From Candidatus Adlerbacteria bacterium (GTDB lineage: Bacteria; Patescibacteriota; Minisyncoccia; Phycocordibacterales; SBAW01), in the NCBI GenBank assembly GCA_903884345.1, contig CAISEE010000043.1, forward strand, positions 1-50,470: DNA of 50,470 nt. The letters are read 5' to 3'. The notes under the pieces are model-generated. The model saw only the letters and a program-made list of their open reading frames with translations, did no database searches and was not told the origin of the DNA. Shown piece by piece: positions 8,602-18,115 of this stretch. A program made the position numbers and the translations under genes. The stretch's first letter is position 1; each line of letters opens with the position of its first letter.

Positions 8602-9153
8602 ATGGGAAAACAAGACACCAGTGTCGGCCGCGCGTGGTATGCCATCCACACCTACGCGGGCTACGAGAACGCCGTCGCGCGTAACCTCAAGCAGCGCATC
8701 GAATCGCTCGGCCTCTCGGACAAGATCTTTAACGTCATTGTGCCGACCGAGCGCACCATCAAAATCAAGGGTGGTCGCCGCGTCGAGGAAGAAGAGAAGG
8801 TCTACCCGGGCTACGTCCTGGTCGAGATGACCGTCGACGACCAGTCGTGGTTTGTGGTGCGCAACACGCCGCGCGTGACCGGCTTCGTGGGTTCGGGCGT
8901 TAACCCCGTCCCGCTCCAGAAGCACGAAATGGACGAGCTCTTGGGCCGCATGCACGAGAAGGAGGGCTCGGTCAAACACGCGATCGACCTTGGTGTCGGT
9001 GACGCGGTGGTCATCGTCGACGGCCCCTTCAAGGAGCTCGACGGCAAGGTGGGCGAGGTCGACGAGGCGCGCGGCAAGGTCAAGGTCTTGGTCTCGATGT
9101 TCGGTCGCGAGACCCCGGTCGAGCTCGACTTCCTCCAGGTCAAACGCATCTGA
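8602..9153 (+). CDS. nusG: transcription termination/antitermination factor NusG
   Basis: WYAIHTYAGYE, PGYVLVEM, KOW motif, MFGRETPVELDF. Confidence 0.98.
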   Translation: MGKQDTSVGRAWYAIHTYAGYENAVARNLKQRIESLGLSDKIFNVIVPTERTIKIKGGRRVEEEEKVYPGYVLVEMTVDDQSWFVVRNTPRVTGFVGSGVNPVPLQKHEMDELLGRMHEKEGSVKHAIDLGVGDAVVIVDGPFKELDGKVGEVDEARGKVKVLVSMFGRETPVELDFLQVKRI

Positions 9154-9200
9154 TTCCCGGCCACTTGCAAACTATCACTTTTTAGGTACTATACCCTCAC

Positions 9201-9626
9201 ATGGCAAAGAAAATCACTAAGAAACTCAAGATCATCGCTCCGGCAGGCAAGGCAACCCCTGCGCCTCCACTCGGTACCACGCTGGGCCCGGCCGGCATCA
9301 ACATCGGCGAATTCGTCAAGAAATTCAACGATGCGACCCAGTCGATGATCGGTAACCTCATCCCGTGTGAGATTACGATCTACGAGGACCGCTCGTACGA
9401 TTTCATCCTCAAGACCCCGCCGGCATCCGGCCTCATCATGAAGGCGATCAACAAAGAGAAGGGTTCGGGCAAGCCCAACACCCAGAAGGTCGGCACCCTC
9501 ACCAAGGCACAGCTGCGCGAGATCGCCGAGCGCAAGATCGTCGACATGAACGCCAACGACGTCGAGGCCGCAATGAACATCATCGCCGGCACCGCACGCT
9601 CGATGGGTGTGGACATCGTCAAATAA
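9201..9626 (+). CDS. rplK: 50S ribosomal protein L11
   Basis: [26 protein letters not shown]. Confidence 0.98.
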   Translation: MAKKITKKLKIIAPAGKATPAPPLGTTLGPAGINIGEFVKKFNDATQSMIGNLIPCEITIYEDRSYDFILKTPPASGLIMKAINKEKGSGKPNTQKVGTLTKAQLREIAERKIVDMNANDVEAAMNIIAGTARSMGVDIVK

Positions 9627-9643
9627 GATTTTTAAACCGGTTC

Positions 9644-9676
9644 ACACAAAGCGCCCTTCGGGGCGTTTGTGTTTTT
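9644..9676 (+). terminator. intrinsic terminator after rplK
   Basis: ACACAAAGCGCCC-TTCG-GGGCGTTTGTGT followed by a T run. Confidence 0.85.
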
Positions 9677-9800
9677 CAGGTACTAGCAAACAGCAAAAGC
9701 CGCGTGACGATTTCCCCGCTGAGGCTCCGGCCAAGGCGGGGATCGTTGTATCTATTTGGTAAAAGAATCGCCCACCCCGATAGTCTGGGGCGGGCGTCTG

Positions 9801-10727
9801 TTAGGCGAGGTCGAACTGTGCGGCAAACTCTGACCAATCTCGCTTGGAGAGGCCGCTGGTCTCTTGCGTGACCACTTCGCCCGCGAGCTGGCGCTTCACT
9901 ACCGCGACCATCTGCGCCGAGAGGGTCACAGCACCCAGGCGGTAGTCGCGAAATGCCGCGGTTGCAATCGGTACCCACGCTTCGGTCATTTGCAGCATAG
10001 CCTCGGCGTACACCCGGATCTCGTACTGTGCGTGCGAGTCGGCACGAAGTCCCAGGAAGTGGAAGAGGTTGTGCAGGTTTACCTTCCAATACCACTGGGT
10101 GTAGGTGTTCACGGTCAGGTTCATGCGAGCTAGTTCGCGTGCGAGGCCTAGCCGGTTTGGGTCTGCTCGCTCGCCCTCGTTAAGCATATGGGCGTAGTGC
10201 GCGTAGCATTGGTCGGCGTCTGAGCGGAGCAAATGCAAGACCTCGGCCGCTTCCTCGCCACTGAGCACCTGGCCGCGACCTTGGCGATTAATGGTCGCTT
10301 GAGCCGCGAGATTCTCGGGCGAGGGGATGTAGAACTCCTTGTCCAAGATGGAGTAGCGCGCCGAGTATTCATTGACGCTGGCGGTGCGATGTCTAATCCA
10401 CTGTCTGGCGACGAAGATCGGCAGTTTGACGTGGAATTTGATTTCGCACATTTCAAACGGCGTCGTGTGGCGGTGCCGCATCAGATATCTGATGAGCGCC
10501 GCATCCTCCTGTGCCCGTTTGGTGCCGCGCCCGTAGGATACGCGGGCGGCCTGCACAATCGCCGCGTCGTCGCCCATGTAATCGATCACACGCACGAACC
10601 CGTGGTCGAGAACAGAGAAGTGTGTATGCATCATCGTTTCAAGATCGGGGACGGTGGGCCGGATGGTCTCCGACCGACTGGCGCGCGCGTCCATGATCTC
10701 AGCGGTTTGCTCTGGGGAGAGAGTCAA
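9801..10727 (-). CDS. thyX: FAD-dependent thymidylate synthase
   Basis: [14 protein letters not shown] ThyX motif, HAQYEIR; probable TTG start at 10727 behind an AGGAGG Shine-Dalgarno. Confidence 0.96.
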   Translation of the reverse strand: MTLSPEQTAEIMDARASRSETIRPTVPDLETMMHTHFSVLDHGFVRVIDYMGDDAAIVQAARVSYGRGTKRAQEDAALIRYLMRHRHTTPFEMCEIKFHVKLPIFVARQWIRHRTASVNEYSARYSILDKEFYIPSPENLAAQATINRQGRGQVLSGEEAAEVLHLLRSDADQCYAHYAHMLNEGERADPNRLGLARELARMNLTVNTYTQWYWKVNLHNLFHFLGLRADSHAQYEIRVYAEAMLQMTEAWVPIATAAFRDYRLGAVTLSAQMVAVVKRQLAGEVVTQETSGLSKRDWSEFAAQFDLA

Positions 10728-10858
10728 AGGTGCCTCCTGGGTTACAAGTCCGCTCAAACAGTACCACAGCGAGCAATCTTCACAATCCTTTCAATTTTGC
10801 CGCTTTTGTGGCACTGTAGCTGGCAGAAGGTTCAACGAATTAGCGAAAGGAAGTAGCT

Positions 10859-11968
10859 ATGGCTGACCGTGCACAAGGTGTGCTACCGCGACAAACCTTT
10901 GCGTCGCTCATTTCTGCCGGATTCATCCAGGGTATTGATGTAAATTGTGCGTCCGCTGCATCGCTCGACTTGCCGCTCAGTAACGAGGCGTATCGCATCA
11001 GTTACGCTTTTTTGCCGGGGCAGGGGCGCACGGTGCGATCCTACCTCGCCGCCGTCGGCGCCGAACTGTTCGATCTCTCAAATCGTCTCGAGGTTGGTGC
11101 AACGTATCTGGTGCGTATCGCGGGGCAAATCGAACTTCCTCGCGAGGTGTACGGGTATAGCAATCCAAAGTCGTCCGCAGGCCGGCTCAACCTGCTCGTT
11201 CGCATCGTCGCAGATAATGTAGCGATGTACGATGCGCTGACGCCGGCGAGGTGGCAGGGGGAGTGCTGGGTACTGCTCCAAGCGAACAGTTTTCCGGTAC
11301 GACTGAGCCCGGGGCTGTCCGTTTCGCAGTTGCGGTTATTCACCGGCCCGACGTTTCTTAGTCCACTCGAAGTCGAGTGCGCCGCGCGTACGCCGGGTCT
11401 GTTCTTCCACGCGGACGGCACGCCGTATCGCAGTGAAGAATATGTGCGGCACGCCGATTCGCTGCTTATCCCGCTTGCGATTCCCAACGAAATTGGGGCG
11501 CAAATCGGATGGGAGTGCCGCGGCTCCAGCCACACGCTCGATTTCTCGAAACGGCACGAATACGAACCGGAAGACTTCTTCTCGCCAGTCTTCGTTCAGC
11601 GCGACGGGTCTGTGTTGCTGCGCAAAGGCTGCTTCTACATCCTCTCGACCGAACCGCGCATCTGTGTCCCACCGTGGATTGCGGCCGAGTTGCGTGCGAT
11701 CGACCCTCGGTTTGGGGAATATCGGACGCACACGGCGGGGTACATCGACCCTGGTTGGGGTTATGGCGTCGAGGGCGAAGGGAGGGGGTCCGTCATTACA
11801 CTCGAGTTTGTGATGTACGAAGACACCCGCTTCTTCTTGGGTGACCTGCGGTATGTCGCAAGGATTCGCTACGAGCGTATGTGCGAAACTCCCGACCGAC
11901 CGTACGGCTCCAACAACCCAAGCTATCCCAAGCAAGGGTTGGGGCAGCTGTCCCGACACTTCAAATAA
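10859..11968 (+). CDS. dcd: dCTP deaminase (long, two-domain DCD type)
   Basis: GVLP, ASLDL, NPKSSAGRL, GEYRTHTAGYIDPGWG. Confidence 0.88.
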   Translation: MADRAQGVLPRQTFASLISAGFIQGIDVNCASAASLDLPLSNEAYRISYAFLPGQGRTVRSYLAAVGAELFDLSNRLEVGATYLVRIAGQIELPREVYGYSNPKSSAGRLNLLVRIVADNVAMYDALTPARWQGECWVLLQANSFPVRLSPGLSVSQLRLFTGPTFLSPLEVECAARTPGLFFHADGTPYRSEEYVRHADSLLIPLAIPNEIGAQIGWECRGSSHTLDFSKRHEYEPEDFFSPVFVQRDGSVLLRKGCFYILSTEPRICVPPWIAAELRAIDPRFGEYRTHTAGYIDPGWGYGVEGEGRGSVITLEFVMYEDTRFFLGDLRYVARIRYERMCETPDRPYGSNNPSYPKQGLGQLSRHFK

Positions 11969-11986
11969 ACGGTCTACAGTAACTCG

Positions 11987-12031
11987 CGGCTCGCGATCTC
12001 TCCCCAGAGATTGCGGGCCGTTTCTTTATTT
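11987..12031 (+). terminator. intrinsic terminator after dcd
   Basis: CGGCTCGCGATCTCT..AGAGATTGCGGGCCG followed by TTTCTTTATTT. Confidence 0.7.
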
Positions 12032-12080
12032 CACTTTGCGTGGTACGGTGTGGGCAGTTTTGTTCTGAAAGGGAAAAACG

Positions 12081-12722
12081 ATGCGACGTTTAATCGTTCT
12101 CGAAGGCGGCGAAGGGGCGGGAAAGTCTACCGTCCTGAAGCTCGTGAGGCAAAAGTTGGACGAGCAGGACATTCCGTATCTGCTAACGCGGGAGCCCGGG
12201 GGGTCGCTATGTGCGGAGTTGATTCGCGATTTGATATTCTCCGATGAGGGAAAGGCTGCAGACGCGCTCACACAGTTCTGCTTGTTCTGGGCGGCGCGCG
12301 CGAGCCATCTGCAATGGCAAATACGGCCAGCGCTACGGTCTGATTGCGTGGTCCTGAGCGATCGCTATGATGCGTCGACGTTTGCCTACCAAATTGCTGC
12401 AAAAAATGGGCAAGACTTGGCGTCCTTGTTCTGGACAACACGCGAGATGTTTCAGCGGGGAATGTTGGAACCTCTCTACATTTACCTCGATGTACCGCCT
12501 GAGATTGGACTCGCGCGGGTCCAGAGTCGGGGCGGCAAAACCACCCACTTCGACGATGAAAAAATCGACTTCCATCGGCGGGTGGCGGAAGGATTCAGTC
12601 AGTTCTTCCAAACGATTGAAGCGCGCGGCGGGCGGGTTGCAGTCGTGAATGCCCAGCTGCCGCTCGAGGCCGTTGTGCAGCGAGTGGTCACAGAAATTCT
12701 AATCGAGCTGCGCCAACCGTAA
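12081..12722 (+). CDS. tmk: thymidylate kinase
   Basis: EGGEGAGKST P-loop, TREPGG, SDRY..STFAYQ. Confidence 0.96.
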   Translation: MRRLIVLEGGEGAGKSTVLKLVRQKLDEQDIPYLLTREPGGSLCAELIRDLIFSDEGKAADALTQFCLFWAARASHLQWQIRPALRSDCVVLSDRYDASTFAYQIAAKNGQDLASLFWTTREMFQRGMLEPLYIYLDVPPEIGLARVQSRGGKTTHFDDEKIDFHRRVAEGFSQFFQTIEARGGRVAVVNAQLPLEAVVQRVVTEILIELRQP

Positions 12723-12795
12723 GCAGAAACCGGCCCCGCCTTTTGGTGGGGTCGTTCTTTTTATGCAAACAGGGCGAAAGTGGTACAATCGGCGC

Positions 12796-13221
12796 ATGAC
12801 GTTGCCGATTAAGATGCTTCGCCTGGGCGACGCCAAACTGCCGGATGTGCACTATGCACACGATGCGGGGCTCGATTTGTACTCGCTCGAGGAAGTGACG
12901 ATCGCGCCCAGCGAGCGGGTATTGGTGGGGACGGGGATTGCGATGGCGATACCCCAGGGCTACGCGGGGCTCGTGTGGGACAAAAGCGGGCACGCCAACA
13001 AGCGAGGGCTCAAGACCTTGGGCGGGGTGGTGGATGCGGGCTATCGGGGCGAGATTAAAGTGGGGCTCATCAATCTTTCGCAGGAGTCGGTTATACTCCC
13101 CAAACACGAGCCGGTGGCGCAGATGCTCATTCAGAAAGTCGAGCAGGTGTCGGTCGTCGAGGTTGACTCGCTCGACGATACCGAGCGGGGGAGTCGCGGG
13201 TTTGATAGTCGCGCTAACTAA
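12796..13221 (+). CDS. dut: dUTP diphosphatase
   Basis: DAGLDL, DKSG, GVVDAGYRGEI, AQML, RGSRGFDS. Confidence 0.95.
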   Translation: MTLPIKMLRLGDAKLPDVHYAHDAGLDLYSLEEVTIAPSERVLVGTGIAMAIPQGYAGLVWDKSGHANKRGLKTLGGVVDAGYRGEIKVGLINLSQESVILPKHEPVAQMLIQKVEQVSVVEVDSLDDTERGSRGFDSRAN

Positions 13222-13230
13222 TACATTTTT

Positions 13231-14499
13231 ATGAACCAGTACGACGCAATTAAAAAGCAAGACGAGGAAGTATTTTCGGCGATCGCGGGCGAGGAGGAGC
13301 GCGAAGCCCAGGGGCTCGAGCTTATTCCCTCTGAAAACTACGTCTCGCGCGCGGTGCGCGAGGCACAGGCATCCATTTTGACCAACAAGTACGCCGAAGG
13401 CTACCCGGGCAAGCGCTACTATGGCGGGCAGGAGTTTACCGATGCGGTCGAAGTCTTGGCGATTGAACGTGCCAAGAAACTCTTTAATGCAAAATACGCC
13501 AACGTGCAGGCGCACTCGGGGGCTAATGCCAACATCGCGATGTACTTCGCGCTTTTGCAACCTGGCGACACGGTCCTTGGTATGGATCTTTCGCACGGTG
13601 GGCACTTGACCCACGGCCACCCAGTGACCTACATCACCAAGTTCTTCAACTTCGTGCGCTATAAAATGAAGGACGCCGACACGGGCGAGATTGACTATGA
13701 CGACATGCTGCGCGTGGCAAAAGAGGCGAAGCCGAAAATTGTCTTGGCGGGCTTCTCGGCCTACTCGCGCGAACTCGACTACGCAAAGTTCGTGGCCATC
13801 GCCCGCGAGGTGGGGGCCTATGCCGTGATTGATATCGCACACATCGCCGGGCTCATCGCCGGTGGTGCCGCCAAGAATCCGTTTGACTATGGCTTCGCTG
13901 TCATGACCTCGACCACGCACAAAACATTGCGCGGCCCGCGTGGAGGGCTCATCTTGGTGCGCGATAGCGAGGAGATTGCGAAGAAAATCGACAAGGCCAT
14001 CTTCCCGGGGCTCCAGGGAGGCCCGCTCATGCACATCATTGCCGCCAAGGCCGTGGCATTCGGCGAGGCGCTCGACCCGTCATTCAAAACCTACGCAGAG
14101 CAGATTCTTCTCAACGCCAAAGCCATGGAGGCAGTGTTTCGCGCCCACAACATCCGCATGCTCGGCGGTGGCACCAGCAACCACCTTATTTTGGCCGACG
14201 TCTTTGGCTCGCTCGGGATCCCGGGCAAAGAGGCCGAGGGGGTCCTCGATTCGGTGGGCATCACGCTCAATAAAAATGTTATTGCCGATGATACGCGCGG
14301 GGCGCTCGACCCGTCAGGCATTCGCTTCGGCACGCCAGCCATCACCACGCGCGGCTTCAAAGAAGGGGAGTGTGCACAGGTGGCCGAGTACATGGTTGAT
14401 GCACTGCTCCACAAAGATGACGCGGCGCACCTCTCTGGCATCCGCGCAACCATCACCGAGCTGTGCACACGATTCCCGATTCCGGAGACATTCGTGTAA
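13231..14499 (+). CDS. glyA: serine hydroxymethyltransferase
   Basis: LIPSENY, NKYAEGYPGKRYYGG, TTHKTLRGPRGG. Confidence 0.98.
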   Translation: MNQYDAIKKQDEEVFSAIAGEEEREAQGLELIPSENYVSRAVREAQASILTNKYAEGYPGKRYYGGQEFTDAVEVLAIERAKKLFNAKYANVQAHSGANANIAMYFALLQPGDTVLGMDLSHGGHLTHGHPVTYITKFFNFVRYKMKDADTGEIDYDDMLRVAKEAKPKIVLAGFSAYSRELDYAKFVAIAREVGAYAVIDIAHIAGLIAGGAAKNPFDYGFAVMTSTTHKTLRGPRGGLILVRDSEEIAKKIDKAIFPGLQGGPLMHIIAAKAVAFGEALDPSFKTYAEQILLNAKAMEAVFRAHNIRMLGGGTSNHLILADVFGSLGIPGKEAEGVLDSVGITLNKNVIADDTRGALDPSGIRFGTPAITTRGFKEGECAQVAEYMVDALLHKDDAAHLSGIRATITELCTRFPIPETFV

Positions 14500-14508
14500 A
14501 GTAGAGGG

Positions 14509-15609
14509 ATGGTAGCGTTTCGTCTCCCTCCCGTAGTCATTTCGTTTTGGCGCCGCTATGAGCGGCTCATGAGCATGGGTGCGCTGGCGCTTGGCTTCCT
14601 CTTCGATATCTACCTGGCCAAAAGCCCCGCGAGCGTCGCCGACAATATACTGCTCGTCTTCTATTTGCTCCTCACGGGTGCCATCATTATCGTCTTCAAT
14701 GCGCGCTCCAAGACCTTTGCGGTGGGCGAGCAAAACCCGACCGAGCGGCTGCTGCTCATTTTGGCGCTCCAATTTTGCTTCGGTGGCCTGGCGAGCAACC
14801 TCCTCATTTTGTACGGCAAGAGCGGGACCCTCGGCGGTAGCGGGTTCTTTGTCATGCTCTTGGCGGCATTTGCGCTGGGGAACGAATTTTTGAAAACCAA
14901 GTACGCGCAGCTTCAGTTCAATATCGCGATCTACTACGTCCTACTGCTCACGTACTGCACCATCGCCATCCCGACCTTTTTTCTGCATGCAATCGGGCTG
15001 CAAGAGTTCTTCATCTGCGGCGCGGTGAGTTTGGTCTACACGGCGCTCTACCTGTGGCTCCTCTTTTTTGCGGCGTACCGGTTGCGCAGTCGCCGGCAGA
15101 TGGTCGAGGTTTCGGCAATCGTCGTGATAGTCTTTGGTCTTTTCTCGGGGCTCTATTTGCTGAACTTCATCCCGCCGGTGCCGCTCTCGGTCAAGGCAAT
15201 CGGCATCTATCACCAAATTACACCCGACGACGGTAACTACACGGCGATCTACGAGGCGCCCGAGTGGTGGGCGTTTTGGCGCGACACGAGTGCAACCTAC
15301 AACTACACCGCGGGTGAGAGCGCCTTCTGTTTTAGTGCCGTCTACGCGCCGGGCAAACTCTCGACGCCAATCACGCATCGCTGGGAGAAGTATGACGAGG
15401 ACACCGGGGCGTGGGATACCATCAGTGATGTGACCTTCCCGATTAACGGCGGCCGCGCCGACGGGTACCGTGGCTACAGCGAAAAAGTAGCCATCACCCC
15501 GGGTCGCTGGCGTTGCGATGTCGAAACCGCGCGCGGGCAACTCGTCGGCCGCATCTCGTTTACCACGGTCGCGACCTCGACCCCGACCCTTTCCTTAACG
15601 CACCTCTAG
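14509..15609 (+). CDS. DUF2914 domain membrane protein
   Basis: Multi-TM N-terminus; FSAVYAP, ITHRW, GGRADGYRGYS, GRWRCDVET. Confidence 0.85.
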   Translation: MVAFRLPPVVISFWRRYERLMSMGALALGFLFDIYLAKSPASVADNILLVFYLLLTGAIIIVFNARSKTFAVGEQNPTERLLLILALQFCFGGLASNLLILYGKSGTLGGSGFFVMLLAAFALGNEFLKTKYAQLQFNIAIYYVLLLTYCTIAIPTFFLHAIGLQEFFICGAVSLVYTALYLWLLFFAAYRLRSRRQMVEVSAIVVIVFGLFSGLYLLNFIPPVPLSVKAIGIYHQITPDDGNYTAIYEAPEWWAFWRDTSATYNYTAGESAFCFSAVYAPGKLSTPITHRWEKYDEDTGAWDTISDVTFPINGGRADGYRGYSEKVAITPGRWRCDVETARGQLVGRISFTTVATSTPTLSLTHL

Positions 15610-15624
15610 CTGTAGTGTAGGCAT

Positions 15625-17451
15625 ATGATTCGCGAGACCATCGAACAAGCCATTCGTGCAGCCCTTGAGGAGCTCGGCGCCCCCGAGGTGTCGTTTGCGG
15701 TGGAGCGTCCGGGCGATATGGCGCATGGTGACTATGCGACCAACGTGGCGCTTGTCGCGGCCAAGAAACTCGGCAAGAATCCGCGAGAGGTAGCAGAGGC
15801 GATTCGTGAAAAACTCTCGCGCGCCGCGAACCATTCTTCCGAAAAGTCCTCGGATCTCCTTCCTGCGGAAGGCCAGACTTTTCTTCAGAATGGTTCGCTT
15901 CGCTTTGTCGATAAGGTAGAGATTGCTGGCCCGGGGTTCATCAACTTTTACCTAACCGACAAGGCGGTCAACGCGGCCATAGAAGAATCGATTACTGCGG
16001 GTCTCGCGTGGGGGAGTGCAGCGCGTCTCAAAGAGCGCTGGCTCATCGAGCACACGTCGCCTAACCCCAACAAGGCGATGCATATTGGGCACTTGCGCAA
16101 CAACATCACCGGCATGGCGATTGCGAACATTGCTGCTGTCTCGGGTGTTGAGGTGATTCGCGACTGCATCGACAATAATCGCGGCATTGCGATTGCCAAG
16201 CTCATGTGGGGCTATCTCAAATTTGCCCGACGCGACGGCGCAACAGACAAAGATGTCGCGTACTGGTTTGCGCATCAAGACGAGTGGAACAATCCGCAGA
16301 CGCTCGGCATGCGACCCGACCGCTTCGTCGACCAACTCTACGTACAAGGGTCCGAAGACTACGAGCATCACACCGAGTCGGCCTCGACAGTGCGCGCGAT
16401 GGTCGTCGCTTGGGAGACTGGCGACTCGGTCGTGCGTGCCCTTTGGCAGACAGTGCTCGACTACTCCTACGCGGGTCAAGCGATGACACTCGAGCGATTG
16501 GGTAACCGATGGGACCATGTATGGCACGAGCACGAGCACTACCAAGACGGGAAGGACCTCGTCGAAGCTGGTCTACAAAAAGGTATTTTCAAAAAGGCCG
16601 ACAACGGTGTTGCGGTCACTGACCTGGCCGCGTTTAATTTGCCCGACACGGTGCTCATGAAGTCAGACGGCACATCGCTCTACATTACTCAGGACTTGGC
16701 GCTCACACGATTGAAGCGGGAAAAGTTTCATCCCGACCGACTCTTTTGGGTGATTGGTCCCGAGCAGTCATTGGCCCTGAAGCAACTCTTCGCCTGCTGC
16801 GAGCAGTTGGGTATCGGCCACTTTGACGATTACACGCACATCTCGTACGGGTACATGAGCCTCAAGGGCGAGGGCAAGATGAGCTCGCGCAAGGGTACGG
16901 TAATCTACATCGACGACGTGCTCGACGCGGTCAAAGATGAAGTGCGCACGATTCTTTCCGCGCGCGAGGTTTCCCTTCGCGACCCAGAGCAGGTGGCCGA
17001 GCAGGTCGCGATCGGTGCGGTTAAATTTGGCATCCTCAAAGCGGGCCGCACGACCGACATCGCATTCGACGCTGCCGCAGCGGTGGATTTGCGCGGCGAC
17101 ACGGGGCCGTACCTGCAGTACACCTGTGTTCGTGCGCGCTCGGTGTTGGCTCGCGCGCATACAGAGGGGATAGACCCATCGCTTGATACATCGGCCGTAG
17201 CCGTCCCGTTGGGGCATGTGCTGCGCCAGTACCCCGAGGTGGTCTCGCTCGCGTTCGTCGAACTCGAACCCAGCCGCATCGCATCATATTTGCTCGAGCT
17301 TGCTGCGGCCTTCAATAGTTGGTACGCACAGGTCCATATTATGGATGGTACGAGCGCCGCTGCGCACAAACTTGCCCTGACCCAGGCAACCGCACAAACG
17401 ATTGAAAATGGCCTGGCACTGCTCGGCATCCCAGTCCCCGAGGAGATGTAA
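15625..17451 (+). CDS. argS: arginine--tRNA ligase (with ~27-30 aa insertion in N-terminal domain)
   Basis: GDYATN, GPGFINF, SPNPNKAMHIGHLRN, KMSSRKG, GPYLQY, LLGIPVPEEM. Confidence 0.97.
   Translation: MIRETIEQAIRAALEELGAPEVSFAVERPGDMAHGDYATNVALVAAKKLGKNPREVAEAIREKLSRAANHSSEKSSDLLPAEGQTFLQNGSLRFVDKVEIAGPGFINFYLTDKAVNAAIEESITAGLAWGSAARLKERWLIEHTSPNPNKAMHIGHLRNNITGMAIANIAAVSGVEVIRDCIDNNRGIAIAKLMWGYLKFARRDGATDKDVAYWFAHQDEWNNPQTLGMRPDRFVDQLYVQGSEDYEHHTESASTVRAMVVAWETGDSVVRALWQTVLDYSYAGQAMTLERLGNRWDHVWHEHEHYQDGKDLVEAGLQKGIFKKADNGVAVTDLAAFNLPDTVLMKSDGTSLYITQDLALTRLKREKFHPDRLFWVIGPEQSLALKQLFACCEQLGIGHFDDYTHISYGYMSLKGEGKMSSRKGTVIYIDDVLDAVKDEVRTILSAREVSLRDPEQVAEQVAIGAVKFGILKAGRTTDIAFDAAAAVDLRGDTGPYLQYTCVRARSVLARAHTEGIDPSLDTSAVAVPLGHVLRQYPEVVSLAFVELEPSRIASYLLELAAAFNSWYAQVHIMDGTSAAAHKLALTQATAQTIENGLALLGIPVPEEM
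15826..15898. repeat. palindromic element inserted in frame in argS
   Basis: GCGAACCATTCT/AGAATGGTTCGC outer stem, GAAAAGTC/GACTTTTC and CCTTCC/GGAAGG inner stems. Confidence 0.85.
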
Positions 17452-17483
17452 AGCGTGGCGCAAACATCAGGTATACTGACTTC

Positions 17484-18071
17484 ATGAAGTCAGTCCGCAT
17501 TATTTTGCTCACGCTCATAATCCTCGGTCTCGGCGCAATCGCGACCGAGCGCTTGTGGGTGCCGGGGTTGGTGGCGCAGAAAGTAAAAAAGGAGCAAACT
17601 CCACAGGAGTCTGACGTCGTTCGGAAAGAAAACCAAAAAAGCGGCAATAGAAACGTGGTGTTCGACACGGACTCGTTGTCGCATACCTGCGCCTCGAGTG
17701 CGGGTGATGCGAACATTGGTCTGTATCAATTTGAGGAGTCACCTCTTACGTCCGGCAGCGACGAGACGTTAACCTATGTACTGTGCATCGAAGGGTCTGG
17801 GCCAAACTACACGGGTCGCTTGGCGATTGATGGATTTCAGACGCTTACCAGGATGTACGTGACGGCTTCGTTGATTGGTAACGGGTTACGCGTGAATTTT
17901 GACCATTACGCTGCAAACGACGTTCATTACGAGGTTATTCCAATAGCAGGCACTGAGCTTTTCTCCATCGACACAGTGCATCAAAACAAGATTATCTGGG
18001 GTTGGTTCTCGCCGATGGTTACTTCATCAGCAAGCGCCACAACTGCGTTCATGCGACACATTAGAAAGTAA
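17484..18071 (+). CDS. membrane-anchored hypothetical protein (possibly DUF5991-like)
   Basis: N-terminal TM; YQFEE...IDGFQT motif; lower GC than flanks. Confidence 0.65.
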   Translation: MKSVRIILLTLIILGLGAIATERLWVPGLVAQKVKKEQTPQESDVVRKENQKSGNRNVVFDTDSLSHTCASSAGDANIGLYQFEESPLTSGSDETLTYVLCIEGSGPNYTGRLAIDGFQTLTRMYVTASLIGNGLRVNFDHYAANDVHYEVIPIAGTELFSIDTVHQNKIIWGWFSPMVTSSASATTAFMRHIRK

Positions 18072-18115
18072 CGTACTATCCACCTCAGCCACCACCTGGA
18101 ACTAAAGTAACTGCC

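Noticed and set aside
8460-8684. 74-aa ORF before nusG
   Set aside because: Wrong frame; the real gene is secE at 8413-8583.
12688-14034. 448-aa minus-strand ORF
   Set aside because: Antisense shadow of dut and glyA.
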